Part shown: positions 1 through 2,411 of the stretch, piece after piece
Position numbering within the stretch: the stretch's first letter is position 1
How the letters are laid out: each line of letters opens with the position of its first letter
Assembly: GCF_003334305.1 (NCBI RefSeq)
Contig: NZ_QOWS01000055.1
DNA length: 2,411 nucleotides
Direction: 5' to 3' (one strand)
Source: Escherichia coli
GTDB taxonomy: Bacteria; Pseudomonadota; Gammaproteobacteria; Enterobacterales; Enterobacteriaceae
Notes under the pieces: generated by a model
Told to the model about the DNA's origin: nothing
The model's input: only the letters and a program-made list of their open reading frames with translations
Database searches by the model: none
Program-made: the position numbers and the translations under genes

Positions 1-195
1 TGTTACTTTTGCATCATTTGTGACTGAGATCGCGATTAGCACATCAACCCGATGTTTATTTAATAGACTTCCAGTCTTATCACTCAGGCCAATACTATCT
101 AATCATAAGCAACCTAACAGGATTAATACCGAAAATTCAGCAGTCTATACCCTTTTCATTTCAAAGGGTCGGTCGTATAGTATGGTAACTAAAAC

Positions 196-232
196 AATGT
201 TTACTAATGCCATAATGTTATTTTTATAACAT
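196..232 (+). promoter_or_regulatory. Putative sigma70 promoter and possible operator region of the regulator gene
   Basis: AT-rich tract immediately upstream of the RBS with -10-like hexamers CATAAT (211..216) and TATAAC (225..230) and a weak -35-like TTTACT (200..205). AATGTT is repeated at 196..201 and 214..219, which could be operator half-sites. Exact elements cannot be fixed by eye. Confidence 0.25.
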
Positions 233-238
233 TTTTAC

Positions 239-246
239 GGAGAGAG
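239..246 (+). promoter_or_regulatory. Ribosome-binding site of the DeoR-family regulator gene
   Basis: GGAGAGAG at 239..246, with the GGAG core 7 nt upstream of ATG 250. Confidence 0.6.
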
Positions 247-249
247 TTG

Positions 250-1032
250 ATGGAAACGAAGCAAAAAGAGCGTATCCGACGTTTGATTGAAATACTTAAG
301 AAAACCGACAGAATCCATTTGAAAGACGCGGCACGAATGCTGGAAGTTTCTGTAATGACTATTCGTCGCGATCTCCATCAGGAATATGAACCTCTGCCAC
401 TGACCCTACTGGGTGGCTATATTGTAATGGTGCATAAACCCGCACCATCCATGCCAGTAATCCAGGACGTTCCGAGAAATCATCGTGATGACTTACCTAT
501 TGCAATTCTGGCCGCCGGAATGGTTAATGAAAATGATCTGATCTTCTTTGATAATGGCCAGGAGATACCGCTCGTTATAAGCATGATCCCGGATGCAATC
601 ACCTTCACTGGCATCTGTTACTCACATCGTGTCTTTGTTGCGTTGAATGAAAAACCTAATGTGACAGCAATACTTTGTGGTGGTACGTATCGTGCCAGAA
701 GTGATGCTTTTTACGATGCCAGTAACTCTTCGCCATTAGACTCTCTCAATCCGCGAAAAATATTTATTTCCGCCAGCGGTGTACATGATCACTTTGGCGT
801 CAGCTGGTTTAATCCCGAAGATCTTGCCACTAAGCGTAAAGCGATGGCCCGTGGACTAAGGAAAATTTTGCTCGCCCGCCACGCCTTGTTCGATGAAGTA
901 GCCTCTGCCAGCCTCGCACCGCTCTCTGCATTTGATGTTCTGATTAGCGATCGTCCGTTACCGGCAGATTATGTTACGCACTGCCGGAATGCTTCTGTAA
1001 AGATCATTACACCTGATTCAGAAGACGAATGA
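250..1032 (+). CDS. DeoR-family transcriptional regulator (N-terminal DeoR-type helix-turn-helix, C-terminal DeoR-like sensor domain)
   Basis: Uninterrupted 260-codon frame ending at TGA 1030..1032. The N-terminus (KERIRRLIEILKKTDRIHLKDAARMLEVSVMTIRRDL) fits the DeoR HTH signature, including the characteristic TIRRDL motif. The C-terminal part (ILCGGTYRA...IFISASGVHDHFGVSW...KRKAMARGLRKILLARHALFDE...FDVLISD) fits the DeoR C-terminal sensor fold. The ORF track starts at TTG 247, but ATG 250 sits 7 nt after a GGAG core and is the more likely start. It may be a yfjR-like island regulator of Enterobacteriaceae; that is from memory only and unverified. Confidence 0.9.
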   Translation: METKQKERIRRLIEILKKTDRIHLKDAARMLEVSVMTIRRDLHQEYEPLPLTLLGGYIVMVHKPAPSMPVIQDVPRNHRDDLPIAILAAGMVNENDLIFFDNGQEIPLVISMIPDAITFTGICYSHRVFVALNEKPNVTAILCGGTYRARSDAFYDASNSSPLDSLNPRKIFISASGVHDHFGVSWFNPEDLATKRKAMARGLRKILLARHALFDEVASASLAPLSAFDVLISDRPLPADYVTHCRNASVKIITPDSEDE

Positions 1033-2020
1033 CTTACTGAAAAAACACCGTACTCTTGTTAAACATCGTCGGATTGGACTGATTACGTTGCACTTTCATC
1101 ACATATTCCAGTTTATCAATTTGGCTTATCATCTACTCCAGACGCTGGTCATCATTGACCAATAGTCTGATATGGCTTTTGTCGCGGTCCTGAATCGGCA
1201 GGCAGAAAATGACTTCAACGTTAAAAGGGCGACGGGAAAAAGCCCACAAAGGTGAGTCATTACGCCCGGATAATAAACAGGCTCCTCCCTGTTATGGAAT
1301 CCGTTGTATTGTCCATAATGTCTGGGTTTTTAATGCACACTGGATAACAACCGGACGAATCTTCAAATATCACTGGTGCTGACAGCCGGTTTGAATTCAT
1401 CTCACAACCCTGTATAGAGCGAATCTCCTGCCTGCGCGTCACTCCACTCCATGGTATCAACTTCACACTCTTTATCTGCGGCTAGTTTCAGTCACCAGAT
1501 AAGCATCGACTATGAAAGGTGAGCCATGACAACATAACGTTGGTAACGCTCTGATGCCTTAACGGAAGATGCCTGCCACCACAGGGAATGTAAACGACTG
1601 AAGTGTGGCCTTTAATGCCGTGAACGGCTCATGGTCTCCTGGCACGGTTGCCGCCCCAACCTGTAACAACATTCCACAGTACAATGTCTGTCAGAGCCGG
1701 AGCCTCCCATGCCTGTTGTAGTAACTCTACCAGTTACGAACATCCTTCCTCAAAAGTGTTGTCGTATCTCGCATGGAAGAAAAGATCCTGACTAAGCAGC
1801 AACACACAACGTATTGCGGAACCTGCATGTTTTTCCTGTAACTAGTGTATTACGACATATGGTAATAGCTACCTGTGTGGTTTCGCTGGATAACAAGGGG
1901 ATTTATTCGCAAGTAAAATGCCTGATAAAATACACGAATCTAGTAATCATCAATATTTACTCTGGTCGAATGAAGTGTGAAGTGGATTGCCAGCAGATGC
2001 GGCCAGTGATCCACCGCCTG

Positions 2021-2048
2021 CTTAACAAAACGCCGGATTTCCCCCGGC
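2021..2048 (-). terminator. Candidate Rho-independent terminator for a minus-strand transcript
   Basis: Perfect all-GC 5-bp stem GCCGG (2032..2036) / CCGGC (2044..2048) with a 7-nt loop. On the minus strand this hairpin is followed directly by GTTTTGTTAAG (reverse complement of 2021..2031), a U-rich tail. On the + strand no T-run follows it directly. Confidence 0.3.
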
Positions 2049-2231
2049 TCTGAAAGTAAGGCTTCGGTTATTTGCACTATTTTATCTCTGTTGAATTTGG
2101 TTAAGTCGGTGCAGACTCATCAACACAAGTACGGTTCGATGCAAACAGCTGTGACTGGCAATATGAAAGGAATGATGAATCAGTCAGGATGACAAAGTGC
2201 CGGCTGACCGGAGGGGACGCAGGAAGATTCA

Positions 2232-2411
<180 letters not shown>

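Noticed and set aside
20-229. ORF of 69 aa on the + strand, in a frame that is open to the left edge
   Set aside because: The translation has almost no acidic residues (no Asp, two Glu), is Ser/Thr/Asn/Leu-rich and uses rare ATA and CTA codons. It overlaps the AT-rich promoter-like region of the regulator gene. It is most likely non-coding, though a 3' end of an upstream gene cannot be fully excluded.
1260-1466. ORF of 68 aa on the minus strand
   Set aside because: No ribosome-binding site and a non-protein-like composition. It lies in a region with stops in the other frames.
1340-1987. 11-bp direct repeat CTGGATAACAA (1340..1350 and 1886..1896) and a 14-bp imperfect inverted repeat (1456..1470 versus 1973..1987)
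   Set aside because: Matches of this length are expected by chance in a 2.4 kb window. No extended similarity surrounds them.
1814-2053. ORF of 79 aa on the + strand
   Set aside because: It starts at TTG with no Shine-Dalgarno sequence, and the internal ATGs also lack one. It is rich in rare codons (ATA, CTA, CGA). Its 3' end overlaps the hairpin interpreted as a minus-strand terminator.
2131-2142. T-loop-like GGTTCGAT suggesting a tRNA
   Set aside because: The flanking sequence cannot form a T-stem, and no acceptor or anticodon arm is apparent.

Overview
The window holds one clear gene: an intact DeoR-family transcriptional regulator (250..1032, + strand) with a strong ribosome-binding site and an AT-rich upstream control region. 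Downstream of it, about 1.37 kb (1033..2406) has no convincing protein-coding potential in any frame, yet is not AT-rich like ordinary intergenic DNA. It contains stop codons in all frames, only short, compositionally implausible ORFs, a GC-rich palindromic segment, and a candidate minus-strand intrinsic terminator. The window ends with what looks like the start of another + strand gene (AGGTGA, 4 nt, ATG at 2407). The most interesting element is the long ORF-poor tract, which could be a structured noncoding RNA locus, a decayed gene remnant, or a regulatory region controlled by the adjacent regulator. I cannot identify it from sequence alone; a homology search and transcript mapping would decide. 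The regulator resembles island-encoded DeoR regulators of Enterobacteriaceae (yfjR-like), but this rests on recollection, so no gene symbol is assigned. No tRNA, rRNA, CRISPR array or recognisable mobile element was seen.
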